Position numbers and translations under genes: made by a program. Of a stretch of DNA of 64,000 nt, positions 36,138 to 49,659 are shown piece by piece (position 1 is the stretch's first letter; every line of letters begins with the position of its first letter). The stretch lies in NCBI GenBank assembly GCA_010356995.1, contig ML996698.1, positions 865,923 through 929,922 of the forward strand, given 5' to 3'. The notes beneath the pieces are model-generated. The model did no database searches. It saw only the letters and a program-made list of their open reading frames with translations, and was not told the origin of the DNA. This DNA is from Trichodelitschia bisporula. Lineage: Eukaryota.

Positions 36138-37480
36138 ATGCTCCTACCCCCACGCTGCATTGCCGCCGCCCGCAATGCCGCTCATCTAAACCACACCTTC
36201 TACCGCCACATCGCTGCCGTCCGCAATGTCGCCTTCCGCAATGCCGCTCAACTAACCCACACCTCCTCCCGGCTTCTCTCATGGCCCGCCCGCGTCGCCG
36301 ACCCGCACTCCCGCCTCCAAGCCTACATCTCCACCTCCCCGAACCCAGTCCTAAACCTCTCCATCGAGCACTTCCTCTTCCAGACCTCCCCCCCAGGCAG
36401 CCGCATCCTCTTCCTCTACACCAATTCGCCCAGCATCATCCTCGGCCGCAACCAAAACCCATGGTCGGAAGTCAATCTCTCGCTCCTCTCCGCCGCACCG
36501 CGGGGCCCGCAGACCGAGCCTCCGGATTTGGGGGCCGTGGCGCTGGTCCGGAGGCGGAGTGGTGGTGGGACAGTGTTTCATGATGGGGGGAATGTGAATT
36601 GGAGTGTGATTTGTGATTTGGGCGAGTTTACGCGCGATAAGCATGCGGAGATGGTTGTTCGGGCTTTGCGTGAACTGGGGGTAGAGCGTGCGCGGGTGAA
36701 TGAGCGGCATGACATTGTGCTCGATCAGGGGGCGACGAGACGCCAGTCGGATACTGAAGATACGCATCGGACGCCGTGGACGGATCCGGACGCCCCACCG
36801 CCGCTTAAGGTCTCCGGGTCGGCATATAAGCTTGCGCGGAATCGGGCGCTGCATCATGGGACAGCGCTGCTGGGAAGTCCGAATTTGCATGTTATCCCGG
36901 ACTACTTGCACAGTCCGGCGAAGGGGCTGATTACGTCTAAAGGCGTTGCGAGTGTGAGTAGTCCGGTGGGGAATATTGGGGTCGAGAATGGGGCGTTTGA
37001 GGATGCGGTGCGGGACGAGTTTCTACGGATGTATGCCGCTGATGTGGAGGCGGAAGTTGTGGGTGAGCAAATGCTCGAGGTACCGGAGGTAAAGAAAGGA
37101 TATGTGGAGTTGAAGAGTCCCGAGTGGACGTATCTTCAAACGCCGCAGTTCACGTTTTCCACGCCGGTGCTTGAACGCATCGCGTCGGGACAGCTGGTAA
37201 GTCTCCCCCTGCTGTCTTCCATTGCTACATGCGCTGACAACCTCAGCGGGAGGGTGCCTTCACAATGAGCGTGCGCTACGGCGTCATCACCAGCATCTCG
37301 CTGGAGGGGCTTCCCGGGACGCTAGAACTCGCCAACTTTGCCGATCGGCGTCTGCACGAGGTCCAGTCGTGGAAGGACTTCCTCCATGGCTTGGACCTTG
37401 AGGTTCCTGTCTCGCATGGGCACGTCTCGCTGCCGTCTTTCCTCACCTCCGCGTTCCCTCCAACTTCCATGTGCATCTAA
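36138..37480 (+). CDS. AIM22: Mitochondrial lipoate-protein ligase A (Aim22/Lip3-like)
   Basis: 'NLSIEHFLF', 'IILGRNQNPWSEVN', 'RRRSGGGTVFHDGGNVN', 'KVSGSAYK', 'HHGTALL'. Intron 37197-37246. Confidence 0.93.
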
Positions 37481-38440
37481 CCAGCACGCCGCACTGCGCA
37501 CAATCCGATAGGTCTGCGCTGCACATCGCTCACCCGAGGATCTCTTCCAAACGCGGCAACCGCACCTTGAGAAATAACCAATTCAGCAACTGCAAAAATC
37601 TGGATAGAGCACGATGGTATTGCTCGCTGGTGCGGGGCGCTGAGATCTCCGCTAAAAGTTTTGACTGTCGTCACGATGATTTTCATGGCTGGTTGACGGC
37701 CGCATGCGGTCGAGGAAGGAGCGTATGCCGCCTTCGGTGGGCAAGAGAGCCTGTCGGTATGACCGGTGCTGACGAACCCGACTTCGGGCTTGGCTATGCC
37801 AACGAGGTATAAGCCACGATCTTGATGACGAAAAGGAAGCAATCAAAAAGAAGATGACGAACGAAATCACCTCTTTCTCGAGATTTGTTCCTGTGACTAT
37901 TGTACCCTCCGAATACCGGCGCGCAAGGATTGACTCGTCCTATGCAGAGCAGGCATCGAGAGGGCAGGATAGTGGTGGAGGACTCACTTCAGGACAGGGT
38001 GGTCACATCACGCCAGCAGCATCGCACCTCAAACCATAATCAATGCCATATCCCCAACCTCGCCATGCCCCAAATCCTCCTCTCCGTGGAGATTACCACA
38101 AAGCAGCCGTCACGCATGCCACCCACACAACGCACTCAAGGCTAGCAAAAAAAAAAAACCATAGACCATAAGACAATACGCAGATGAAATAACAAAAGCA
38201 GCTTCAAGTCGTCCATCGCTGTGATACTTGCAACGCCGCCCCCATGCTTCGTAGCCGTAGCCGTAGCCTCAAGGTCCCCAAAGTCTATCGACACTTTGCC
38301 GTCCGTCCGTTCCGTCGCTGATTGAATGGTCCCAACATTGTGCCGACTCATCGCTCGCTCACTCGTCCAGTATGTATGCCCCAGTTCCTCCTCCTCGTTC
38401 CTTCCCTTCCACCTCTTCACGCCAAGCAAACCATCCTCCA

Positions 38441-39424
38441 CTACCACGGCCCAACCGTAGCAGCAGCAGCCCCATACGACCCATTAAACAACTGCTCGCG
38501 TATGCTCCCCGCATCACCCTGCGTCTGGCCCCCACTAGCCATCGTCCCCATCCACCCCAGACTAGCCCTCAACTCCCCCATCGCCTCTCCCATCTTCCCT
38601 CCACTCTCGGCATGATGTCTCGCCAGCTTCCCATCCCACCCTCCGACCTGTAACTGAATGCCTCCGCCCCGCTTACTCGCCTCGCGCACCACTAGCGCCC
38701 ACGCCCGCGCCACCTCATCGTACGCTTCCGCTTTGTGCCTATTATTCGCATATGAATCCCAGGCGGGGAGACGATGAATCAACTCCGTCACGCCGTCGAG
38801 GAACGAGAGCGATACGGACGGCTGCGTTTCGTGGGGGGGCAAAAAGTGCGGCGTGTAATCCCTTAACGCGTCAAGCAGGGAGAGCAATTGCGGCCTAACG
38901 CGGTTAAACGCATAATCGCTGCTCACCCTATTCCCAAACGGAAAAGCCGCCCGTAGCGCAGACTCGTAGTTATTCAGCACGGCGAGCGCGGCGTGCACGC
39001 TTGGCCTTGGAGCGGAGGATTGTACTTCGGCGGCGACCGTCGGGTGGCGGTCGCACATGCTGCGCAGCAGGGAGCGCATGTCGTCTTCGGAAAGCGTTTC
39101 GAGCAGCCGGGATAGGGGCAGCGGGCGGCCTGAGAGGTTTTTGCGTGCGCGTTTTGTGTGCCGCGGGGGGAGGGCGCGGGCGGGGAAGCTGGGACTGGCG
39201 GAGGGGGAGGCGGACATGCGGATGTCGTCGTCGGGGGGGGTGGAGTCGGATACTTTGCGCTTGCGGGAGGACATGGCGTTGGTGTTCGAGGGGGCGGTCA
39301 GAGCTGGGACGGTTAGCGCGATGCTTTGGGGGTGGGCCGGGGGATACCGACTGCGGGAAGGGGAATGGCGGTTTGGGAGGAGATGGGGGGCGAAGAGGGG
39401 TTGTTGGCTTGGGAGGACGTTCAT
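38441..39424 (-). CDS. STS1: Tethering factor for the nuclear proteasome (Sts1/Cut8)
   Basis: 'SSRKRK' NLS, 'GRPLPLSRLLETL', 'SDYAFNRVR', 'YTPHFLPPHE'. Probable in-frame 48-nt intron 39351-39304. Confidence 0.92.
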   Translation of the reverse strand: MNVLPSQQPLFAPHLLPNRHSPSRSRYPPAHPQSIALTVPALTAPSNTNAMSSRKRKVSDSTPPDDDIRMSASPSASPSFPARALPPRHTKRARKNLSGRPLPLSRLLETLSEDDMRSLLRSMCDRHPTVAAEVQSSAPRPSVHAALAVLNNYESALRAAFPFGNRVSSDYAFNRVRPQLLSLLDALRDYTPHFLPPHETQPSVSLSFLDGVTELIHRLPAWDSYANNRHKAEAYDEVARAWALVVREASKRGGGIQLQVGGWDGKLARHHAESGGKMGEAMGELRASLGWMGTMASGGQTQGDAGSIREQLFNGSYGAAAATVGPW

Positions 39425-41018
39425 GGTTGGTGATCGGGCTGAGTTTGGCAGCCTGGAAGATGCTTCGGTGTTCGCGATGAGGAGTGAAGGGGTGGAAGAT
39501 TGTTGTGGGGGTTGTGGTGGGTGTTCTTGCGTTGAGGATGGAGGTGGTGGGTGAGGTTGTGGTGCGCTGTGTTGTCCTCGTCACTGAGAAAGAGAAGAAG
39601 AATGGGCTTGGCGGGCGACGGGGTAGGCAGCGGCCAATTGGAGGGGGGGAGAAAACGCCACTAGCGACAAGCGACGACGGGTGAAGCGACGAGTGGACGA
39701 CGGAAGACGACGGACGACGGGAGCAGAGGAGTAACAAAGAAGAAGAAGACGCAGAGGAGCGAGGAAGGAGAAAAGAGAGAAGAGGTCTTGCAGCACTTTG
39801 TGTCAATAACACTGTTGAGACAGGATCATAACACTCTGATAGAACATTTGCAGCGCTTGGCAGTCTGATGGCTACCCCCTTCACCCATCACCCCTTGTAT
39901 CAGAGACCACTCTCTGCCACTCTCTGCTCCTCTTCACCAACTGCACATCAACCGCCATATGCACCCGAATCACTCATCCCCATACCTACACCGCCGTACC
40001 CGCATATCCAGTATATCACAGCCTGCGACTCGCACTCCACCCATCCCCTCCCGCATTCCGCCACTGCAAGCATCAAACGTCACACTCCACACTCACCCAC
40101 CCGACCAACGGTCAACCGACCAGCAAGCAGCCACATCATCCGCCCACCTCGTGATATTCACCCATCCTCCCATTCCCAACCACATCCGGCACATACACAC
40201 ACAAGCCATTCACCCCCATCCTCCCCCCAGGCCCTGATACCCTCCCGCTCTTACCGCCCGTGCCGCACCCCCCACCCCCCTCCCAAGCCCCAGAAGATCT
40301 CAAACCGCCCCGGCCCGAGCACAGCCGGGCATTGCAACCGTTCGCGAACCGAAATGCCCTCATCACGGAATCCCAGCGTATATAGCCCGAACCCCCAACG
40401 CTTCCCATCCCTCCAGCGCCGCATGCTTCTCATCTCATCTCCTTTCCGCACGGAGATGCCGACATGACATGACGGCGAAGGCCATGGCGGCGATACAACG
40501 CCGAGCCCCGGATCGTCCGCCAGCGCATACGTCCCTTACATCCAGCAGCACGCAGGTCCAGCTCACCGCATCAAGTACCTAGTCGAGCATCCCTTCACTA
40601 TCGTCTGCTACTCGATATGAATGTCTCCATCGTACATGCACCATACACAACCACGCCAAGCCCCTTCATACCCACCGCCCTCCTGCAATTTCACCGCTTC
40701 ATGTGGCCAACCATCAAATAGACGCCAGTGCCAGCGCACGCCCTACCCATTAATCCATCCCATCCCATTTCCACCTGTACCGTAGAACAATGATCACAAG
40801 CGCGGTTCAGTCCGCGCCCAGGCCAAAACGTGATATCCGCACCCACAAAGCCAGCCCTCATCACCGACCATACCCAAAGCAGCAAATCAACGAAACAATA
40901 GTCCACTTCATCAATATCTACAACTACTGTAGCACCCCCAACCCCATCTATGCATTTGACCATCCACCCAACGCCCGAGTCCATAAACGCCTAGCCCACC
41001 ACGCCTGATCAACAACAA

Positions 41019-44000
41019 CTACAAGTACAAGGACTGCGCCGCCACCAGATCGCGCTTAATCCGCAACAACGCCGTCTCAAACTTCTGCCCCAACTCCTCG
41101 CTCCCCATCGTCTTACTCGCCTCCGCCATCTGCCGCATCAGCTCCTCCAGCCGGCGGAACAGGCGAATAAGCGAGCCCTCGTAGATCTCCGTCATTTTAC
41201 TATAATCACATTAGCGCCCACACCATATACCAACGAAAATCCTCCCATAAACTCACCAAATCTCCGCAAAGCTCGCCCCCTTGCTCCACGCATGCACCAC
41301 GGTCATCAAATCCGGCTTAAAGCTCTTGACATACTTCTCCTCATCCAGCGCCAGCTTGCTCTCGAGACTAACCTTCGCAACCACGCGCGCCTGCGCCTGA
41401 ATGTCGCGGAACGGCTTCGCGAGCGCCTCCTCCACGCGGAAGGCTTCGTTGCTCTTCTCCTCGTAGATGAAACAGCTCAGACACGCCGCGCACTGTTCGG
41501 GGGTCAGTTCGTTGAAGAAGCGGTTGAAGAGCAGCTCCGTCAGGACGAGTTCGTCCCCAGTGTTGATTTCGCAGGCTACGCGCGCTTTGAGTTGGACGAC
41601 TTCCGCGGCGTCGATGAAGCCTAGGCGACGCAGGACGCGCTTGCGGGCTGCGAGCTCGTCCATTTGGATCACGGATTGCGCGACGCTGATCGCTTTCTTT
41701 ACGGCCTTGATCTCAGTCTTCGTGCGCACCTTCGCCGCATACTGTTCATACACTGCCTCAAGGCGCGGCGAGCGATGCAGTGGATTAGCAAACATGCGCG
41801 CCTCCAGGACTTCAATTTTCTTTGCCGTATTAGTACCCAAACCCTTGTTAAGCGTGTCAGGGGGAACTCCTACCCGCAGCAGCTTCTTGAACGACTCGTC
41901 CGTGATAAGCTGGTTCTCGATAGGGTCGATGAGGGCCATTCCGTCGGGGAAGCGCTTCATTACTTCATCCATTGCCTTGCGCATCGTGTTCTTCTGCTCG
42001 GCTGAGCCGCTGAAGTTCTTGGGCACGAGCATGCGCACGCTCGAAATGCTCTCCAGCGCCGTCAGCATCACGGGCACAACCTCCATGCGCCCCGGATCGC
42101 CAGTAGGCGGCGGCAACACACCAGGCGGCAAATCGGCATTAGCCTGCGTTCCGACGCTCGCATCGCTCGCCACACGCAGCAGCACATCAATCATCCAGCC
42201 CTCCTGGGGCTTCAACTTCTGTCCCTGCTGGGGCTTGCGCTCGCGAAACCCAATAACCGCGCCCCAGCCAAAGTCATATTCCATATACTTGATATGCACC
42301 AGCCGGCCATCCTGCAGAAACTGTAGCGCGTACTGCGGGTGCGTCGTGACCTCGCGCACCTCCTGCCTAAACCCATCCAACTGCGCACGCAGCTCGTAAT
42401 AATCACGTATCGTAGCCTCGTCGTCAATATGCATGTCCTCAAGCTCCATCTCGAGTTCCTGAAGCCGCTTCTCGTGCGTCGACACGGAAGCCGTGTTTTG
42501 GAACTGGTAGAAGCAGCGCTCGAGCATGTACTCCGGCGACACGCCCTCGACGCGCATCAGGTTCAGGATCATGTTGTAGCCGAGGTAGAAGGCGGAGTTG
42601 AGTTTGTCCTGCTCGCCGCGCACGATCTCTTTGGCGATTGCGGGCTCCATTTTCTCGTTGATCATGAGGATCACGACGCCGCGGTCGTCGAGGCCGCGAC
42701 GCCCGGCGCGTCCGGACATTTGGATGAATTCGGAGGGTGTTACCCAGCGCTGGGTCACGCCGTCGAACTTGCGGACACTCGTGAAGACGACTGTTTTGGC
42801 GGGCATATTAAGTCCGATGGAGAAGGTCTCGGTCGCGAAAAGGACCTTGATCAGCGACTCCTGGAACAGGATCTCGATGGTCTCCTTAAGAATAGGGAGC
42901 AGTCCAGAGTGATGTACACCGATGCCGCGCTTGAGAAGCGGCAGAATGTGCTGCACCTGCGGTAGGCTGCGGTCCTCTTCCGAGAGTGACTCGACGGCGC
43001 TCTCGAAAACCTTGACCACCATAGCCTTCTCTTCCTCGCCGTTGAACGACAGTTGGCTCATCTGCAGGGCGTAGTCCTCGCACTCGCGCTTGCTGAAGCT
43101 GAACACAATGACCGGGTTGTAGTTCTTGAGCATGATCATCTTGACCACCTTGTAAATGTCTGAGCTCTGCCCGTTGTTGCCGCCCTTGCTGATCTGCTTG
43201 TTCTTGCCCCGGCCCTTCATCTTCGCGTTCGGATCGTTCGAGTCGGCGCCAGTGCTGTCGGAAATGGCGGCCATTGCCTTTTGGAAATTCTCCTCGCGGA
43301 ACTGGCCCTTCTCATCGACGATGAGGTGAATGCCGTTTGCGCCGGCGGGGAAGAAATAGTGCTGAAGAGGCGTCGGCCGGAAATCGGTGTACACAACGTG
43401 GCAGGGCTGGTTGTGTGTCTTCGTGATCCACTCGGCGAACTGCATAGCGTTGGGGATAGTGGCAGAGAGAAACACATAGTGCACCTTGTCGGGCAGCAAA
43501 ATGATAGTCTCTTCCCATACCACACCGCGGGACTTGTCACGCAGGTAGTGCACCTCATCGAAGATGACCCACGCCACCTCGCGCATAATCTCCGAGCCAC
43601 GGTACAGCATAGACCGCAGAATCTCCGTCGTCATAACCAGACATGTTGCCGTCGGGTTGATGGTCACATCGCCCGTCATCAAGCCGACATCGCCAAAGTC
43701 TGCAGTGAACTCGCGGTACTTTTGGTTGCTCAGCGCCTTGATCGGACTCGTGTAGATGACGCGCTGGTTATTCTTTAAACACTGTGCGATCGCGTACTCC
43801 GCCACCACCGTCTTGCCGGCACTGGTGTGGGCCGACACCAGCACGCTCTCATTCCGCTCAATCGAGGCAATCGAGACTTGTTGGAAGGGGTCGAGAGGGA
43901 AGGGATATGTCCGTGCGGGCTCTGCGGGCGCCTTGTGCTTGGAAATGGGCGTGTAGTCGTAGTCGGGTGGGAGAGCAACTTGATGCCGGACTTGATGCGA

Positions 44001-44330
44001 GAGCACTACAGTGGCATCTTCATTTAGTGTCTGCAACCCTCCCGACGCTGCCATCTCACGCGACTGCTCTGTCTCAAATGTGTCCGTCACCACAGGATCG
44101 ACGTCCACATCCCGGCGCTGACGCTTATGGTCCGGCTCGCCCATGGTAATGTCGCCATCGTGATCAGGCTTTGAAACAGGTACAGACTCCGGCGCCTGGC
44201 TCTTGTCGCTGCCATTCTGCTGTGTTGCTTTCGGTTGACCGCTGGCGTTCCGCTTGCTGGCTTTCTTTGATTTTGTGGGAGGTTGGGCAGCGGGCGGCTC
44301 CTCGTCGAAGACGTCAAAGAGGTCGTCCAT
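41019..44330 (-). CDS. MTR4: ATP-dependent RNA helicase Mtr4/Dob1 (Ski2-like)
   Basis: [25 protein letters not shown], arch/KOW region, C-terminal AQSLYL*. Introns about 41823-41876 (in frame) and 41256-41200. Confidence 0.97.
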
Positions 44331-44665
44331 GGTTTGTAGCCAGTAAGAGAAGTAAAAAAATGAGAAACCAAGTTGTGTAGAGGTGGAGATCCTGTGCAGA
44401 GATCGTAGTTCGCGTACAAGGGTTGTCAAAAGTCAAGCTCGTGAAATGTTCAACCGGCAGAACGAGGCCAAGGCGGGGCCCGGGAAAACCTGAGGGGCAC
44501 GGACCCCTTGAGCCAAGGGCAAGCTTGGCGCTTCGATTCCGCACAGCTCTGCCGGAACATCACGCAACATTCCGACTCCACCTCTCCTTCCATCTCCGCT
44601 CCACCACCGCAACCGTACGCAATTGACTCTCGAAGCTTAGATATCGCAGGAACTGACGTTGCTAG

Positions 44666-44996
44666 ATGCTTGCCCGGCCCGTCCTGCGCTCTGCGTCCTC
44701 CGCTGTTGCCCGCCGCGGCTTCACCTCCACCCGCGCGCGCTTGTCCAGCCCGTACCACTATCCCGAGGGCCCGCGCAGCAACATTCCCTTCAACCCGTTG
44801 ACGCGCTTCTTCGCTCTGCGTTACTGGGGCTTCATGGGTTCGTGTGCATGGCAATAGGTGTGGCGAGCATAGAGCTAATGTGCGCAGCTACCGGCTTCTT
44901 CGCGCCGTTCGGCATTGCCTGTAGGTTCCAGCTTCTGTGTCATATTCTCCTACTGACGTCTCGCCAGGGTGGCAAATGTACAAGAACAAGCCGTAG
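44666..44996 (+). CDS. COX8: Cytochrome c oxidase subunit VIIc (yeast Cox8 family)
   Basis: Presequence plus 'HYPEGPRSNIPF', spliced to 'TGFFAPFGIAWWQMYKNKP*' across two coding introns. Confidence 0.9.
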
Positions 44997-45535
44997 ATGG
45001 TTGGTACCGATTCTGCGCGACTTGGAGCGATGATGAGGGCGGGATCAAGCCCACACTGTACACAAGCCAGATAGACTTCATTGACTCTTGTGAACTGAGT
45101 GCATTGGATGTGGAAGTTGTGAGCTTCCTATGGTGCTGGCCCGAGCTGAATGACCTGCAACCTTACTACAGCTTTGCTCCGCTCTGCCGAGGATGGAGCT
45201 GTCGAGCCGAGCCCTGCAAGACGACACATGCACCCGGCTATCCAATTCCTTTTCTTTGCACGACTGTGCTCCCCGTGTATCACTTTTGAAGCATGTTCTC
45301 TCTGGGGGCATCAATTGACGGCCATTCTGAAGTTGACTGTCGGCATGGAGGATGTGGTGGTCCCACCTTCTCTGAGGCTTGACCCATGTTGATGCCAAGA
45401 ATGACCGCATTTATGCCTGCACTTTTCGTGTGCCTCTGCAGCCTGTGACTGCTAAACACCACTCAAGTCAAGCTCCGTCCACCCCACCTCTTGATGCTCT
45501 GATCGTCTTCTCGTCAATTGGGGAACCCAAGAAAA

Positions 45536-48500
45536 ATGAGGAATTTACGGAACATCCAGAGGTCGGCCATCACGTTCCCCGAAGAAGGCCTGCCGCCCTC
45601 CGCATGCACTTGGGATGTCGAAAACAACTCTCTCATATGCGTCTTTGGCCCCGCGCCATGCAGCACACTCATCGAACTTAAACGTGTAAAGTTCTATCCC
45701 AACGATGACGAGCGGCACCATATGATTGCCTCATGGGACGCCCCATGTCCGAACCCGGATACGGCCTGCGACAAGGTCTTAGATGTCCACTACTTCCCGG
45801 ACACGGCCTCGTACTGCCTGATTCTGGCGGGCGGGGATATCGTCGTTGTGAGAGAGGATCCCCTGGCCGGAGAAGAGTTGCTGGAGATTGTGGGCTCTGT
45901 CGACGCCGGGATCACTGCCGCCGCCTGGTCCCCAGACGAAGAGCTCCTGAGCATATGTACCAAAGCGGGCACCTTCCTTCTCATGTCACGAGACTTCGAG
46001 AATGTGGCCGATGTTTCCTTTTCTCCCGAAGACATCAAGGCGTCAAACCATGTCTCTGTCGGTTGGGGCAAGGCGGAAACGCAGTTTAAAGGCAAGCGAG
46101 CTAAAACGCTGCATGATCCCACCATGCCCGAGAAGGTGGACGAAGGTGTACTCAGTGAATTCGACGACATGAGAGTAACCATCTCCTGGAGGGGCGACGG
46201 GGCTTACGTCGCCGTCAACGCCGTCGAAGGTTCTCGCCGGATGATCCGCGTCCTCTCGCGCGAGGGCGTCCTCGACAGCGTGAGCGAGCCAGTTGACAAC
46301 CTCGAAGGGGCACTCAGTTGGAGACCCGCCGGCAACATCATCGCCGGCATTCAGCGCCGCACAGACCAGACCGCTGTGGTCTTCTTCGAACGCAACGGCC
46401 TCCACCACGGCTCCTTCCCCTTGCGGCTCTCCGATGCCGAGAAGGTCGATTGGGGTAGTAAAATAGAGCTGAAGTGGAACGTAGACTCCACCGTCCTGGC
46501 AGTCTGTTTTGTGGATAGGGTCCAGTTGTGGACGATGGGCAACTATCACTATTACCTCAAGCAGGAAATACGGCTTCCCGGTCCCCAGGATCTATTTGGA
46601 GGCTTGATCTGGCATCCAGAGCGGCCGCTTCAATTGGCTATTTTTGGCACTTATGGCAAAGGTATGCCCTCGGGTGGCCTGTCGGCGACTACTCATGTGG
46701 CAGATATTGTCCTCTTACTGGATTACACCACGGTTGTCGCCAAGGGACCCGTCACTCCCCCTGATGACTATGGGGTCGTATCAGTAATCGATGGCCGTAA
46801 GTTTCCCAACCGGTTCCATATATAGCTAAAAGCGTAGGTAACCTCTTGCTCACCCCGCTCCGCCATGGAAACGTGCCGCCGCCTATGGCTCTCCATGAAC
46901 TGCACCTGGAGCACAACATCGTCGACGTGGCGATGGACCCCCTCAGCAGCTGTCTGGCCGTCCTGGACTTCGCCGGCTTCAGCGTCTACGAGTACAAGAT
47001 CTCGTCCAAGAAAGCCCCTGCACCAAAACTACTTGAAAGGCGATACTTTGAGGAACCGCACATGGTTCCGTATCAGCTTGTCATCGGGGGTCAGGATGAA
47101 CTGTATATCCTTGCGCACGACTGGAAGAACAACCGAGATGCCATTTTTCTCATCGACAAAGAGATATACGGCTACACCGAGCCGCGAATCTCCACCATGT
47201 TTCTAGCTATTGGTCACAAAGAGCTCTGCGTTGAGAATGTTGCCGGCCATGTCAAGCTTATCCCGTCGGTTTCGGGCGTTGACATTCCGCAAGACGTGAC
47301 AAGTCCGCCCGTTTTCTGTCCGCAGGTCGAGCAAATCAAGCGCGGAGAAGAGGTACGTGGGTTTCTATTTGACGTATTATGCTCATCTGGACAGCATATT
47401 ACTATCGGGCTGTCTTCCAGTGGTCAGCTGTACGCCAATGACCGCCTCTTGACCTCTAGCTGCACGTCGTTCCTCGTCACTCCGGCGCATCTAATCTTCA
47501 CAACGACTCAGCACCTTCTCAAATTTGCCCACCTTACCGCGGTTGAAGGTGAGTGCCGTTACCTGTGTTTACCCATCTAACTTTGCAGAACTCGAAGTCC
47601 CACCTGACGAGCCGGAGACCGATGAGCGATGCCGCAGCATCGAACGTGGGGCCCGACTAGTGACGGTAATCCCGTCGGCATCGTCTCTGGTACTTCAAAT
47701 GCCACGTGGAAACCTGGAGACGATATACCCCCGTGCACTTGTGCTCGCCAGCATCCGTAACGACATCGCCGAACTGAACTACAAGGCTGCATTCCTCACG
47801 TGCCGGAAGCAGCGGGTGGACATGAATATCCTGCACGATCATGCCCCACAGCAGTTCATGGAGTGTGTCAATGTTTTCATTGAACAGATCAGGAGTGTTG
47901 AACACATTGACTTATTTTTATCCCAACTTCGGTAAGTCCTACCCGCCTGGAAGTTGCCTCTAACATTAAGTAGGGAGGAAGATGTCTCTAAGACCATGTA
48001 CAAAGAGACTTTGAGGCAAGCAGGTGCAGCCACTGCCACCGCGGAGGAGGCTCAGAAGATCGCGACGCTAGCAACAGTCGCATCAGAGTCCAAGATAAAC
48101 CGTATCTGCGACGCATTCCTGAAAGCCCTCGAGGACCGGCGAGCCACTAACCTCCAAAACATCATCACTGCAAATGTCTGCAAATCCCCCCCGGATCTAG
48201 AAGGCGGGTTGACCGTCGTTGCCAAACTTCGAGGTAAGTATTCCACACACTACCTGCATCTCTAATCCGCCCAGCGCTAGATGAATCCCTGGCCGAAACG
48301 GCAGCCGAGCACATCTGCTTCCTCGCCGACGTGAACAAACTCTACGACACCGCACTCGGGATGTACGACCTCGACCTCGCTCTTGTCATAGCCCAGCAAT
48401 CCCAAAAAGACCCACGGGAATACCTCCCCTACCTCCAAACACTCCAGACCCTCCCCCCCCTACGCCAGCACTTCACAATCGACAACGACCTCGGCCGCCA

Positions 48501-49659
48501 CTCCAAAGCCCTGTCCTCCCTCCACGAGCTCGACGCCTTCGACGAACTCGCCGCCTACGCCGAAAAACACGCCCTCTACGCCCCCGCCATAGATCTGTAC
48601 AAGTACAACCCCGCCCGCCTCGCAGCCCTCACCCGTCTCTACGCCGCGCACCTCGCGTCCAACAACCGCAACCACGAAGCCGGTCTTGCCTATGAGTCGC
48701 TCTCTGATTACGCCGCTGCGCTCGCCGCTTACCGCGCCGCTGCGTCCTGGCGCGAGGCCCTCTCCTGCGCGACGCTGATCCCGCTTCCGGAGGCTGAGAT
48801 TGCAAGTCTAGCGGAGAGTTTGGCCGAGGGCCTGGTCGAAGCGAAGGAGTACACCGACGCGGCGACCGTGTACCTGGATTACCTAGACGCCCCCACCTCG
48901 GCTGCCCGCGAGCTGTGCAAGGCGTATGCGTTCGCCGACGCGCTGCGCCTCGTCGGACTCAAGCGCCAACCCGCCTTGCTCGAAGTCGTGGACGCGGGGC
49001 TTGTGGATGGCTTTGGTGCTATGACGGAGTTGCTGGCTGAGTGCAAGGGCCAATTGCACGCGCAGGTGCCGCGGCTGCGCGAGTTGAGGGTGAAGAAGGC
49101 GGCTAACCCGCTGGCGTTTTACGCGGGGGATGCGGAGCCGGGTGAGGGGGGGGATTTTCCGGATAATGTCAGTCTTGCGCCGACGGATGCGAGTACGTCC
49201 GGTGGGACGTTTTTGACTAGGTATACGGGGAAAACGGGCGGGACGGCGGGGACGGGGGTTAGTCGGCGGACGAGTAAGAATCGGCGGAGGGAGGAGAGGA
49301 AGAGGGCACGGGGGAAGAAGGGGAGTGTGTATGAGGAGGAGTATTTGATTAAGTCGATTGGACGGCTGGTGGAGAGGGTTAATGCGGTTAATGGGGAGGT
49401 GGGGCGGTTGGTTGAGGGGCTGGTTAGGAGGGGGATGAGGGAGAGGGCGCAGGCGGTTGAAGGGGGGATGAGGGATGTTGTGGGGATTTGTGAGGGGGTT
49501 GTGGGGGAGGTTTTCTCTGCTGCTAAGAAGATGGGAGAAGAGGAGGGGGAGAGGCCTGTGGGGGCGGATGGGGTGCTGTGGGATTCGTTGGAGGAGACGA
49601 GGACGGGATCGGTGGCGCCGGTTGTGAAGGCGTTTGAGAGGTTGAGTTTGCTGGAGTAG
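45536..49659 (+). CDS. ELP1: Elongator complex protein 1 (Iki3)
   Basis: MRNL start, 'AAAWSPDEE', 'VGWGKAETQFKG', 'ISWRGDG', 'VVFFERNGL', 'LQMPRGNLETIYPR', 'QKDPREYLPYL', 'KNRRREERKRARGKKGSVYEEEYL'. About 6 introns. Confidence 0.97.

Noticed and set aside
40807..40866. Minus-strand GTGATGA...CTGA resembling a C/D box snoRNA
   Set aside because: Short, with no recognisable rRNA guide or terminal stem; probably MTR4 3'UTR.
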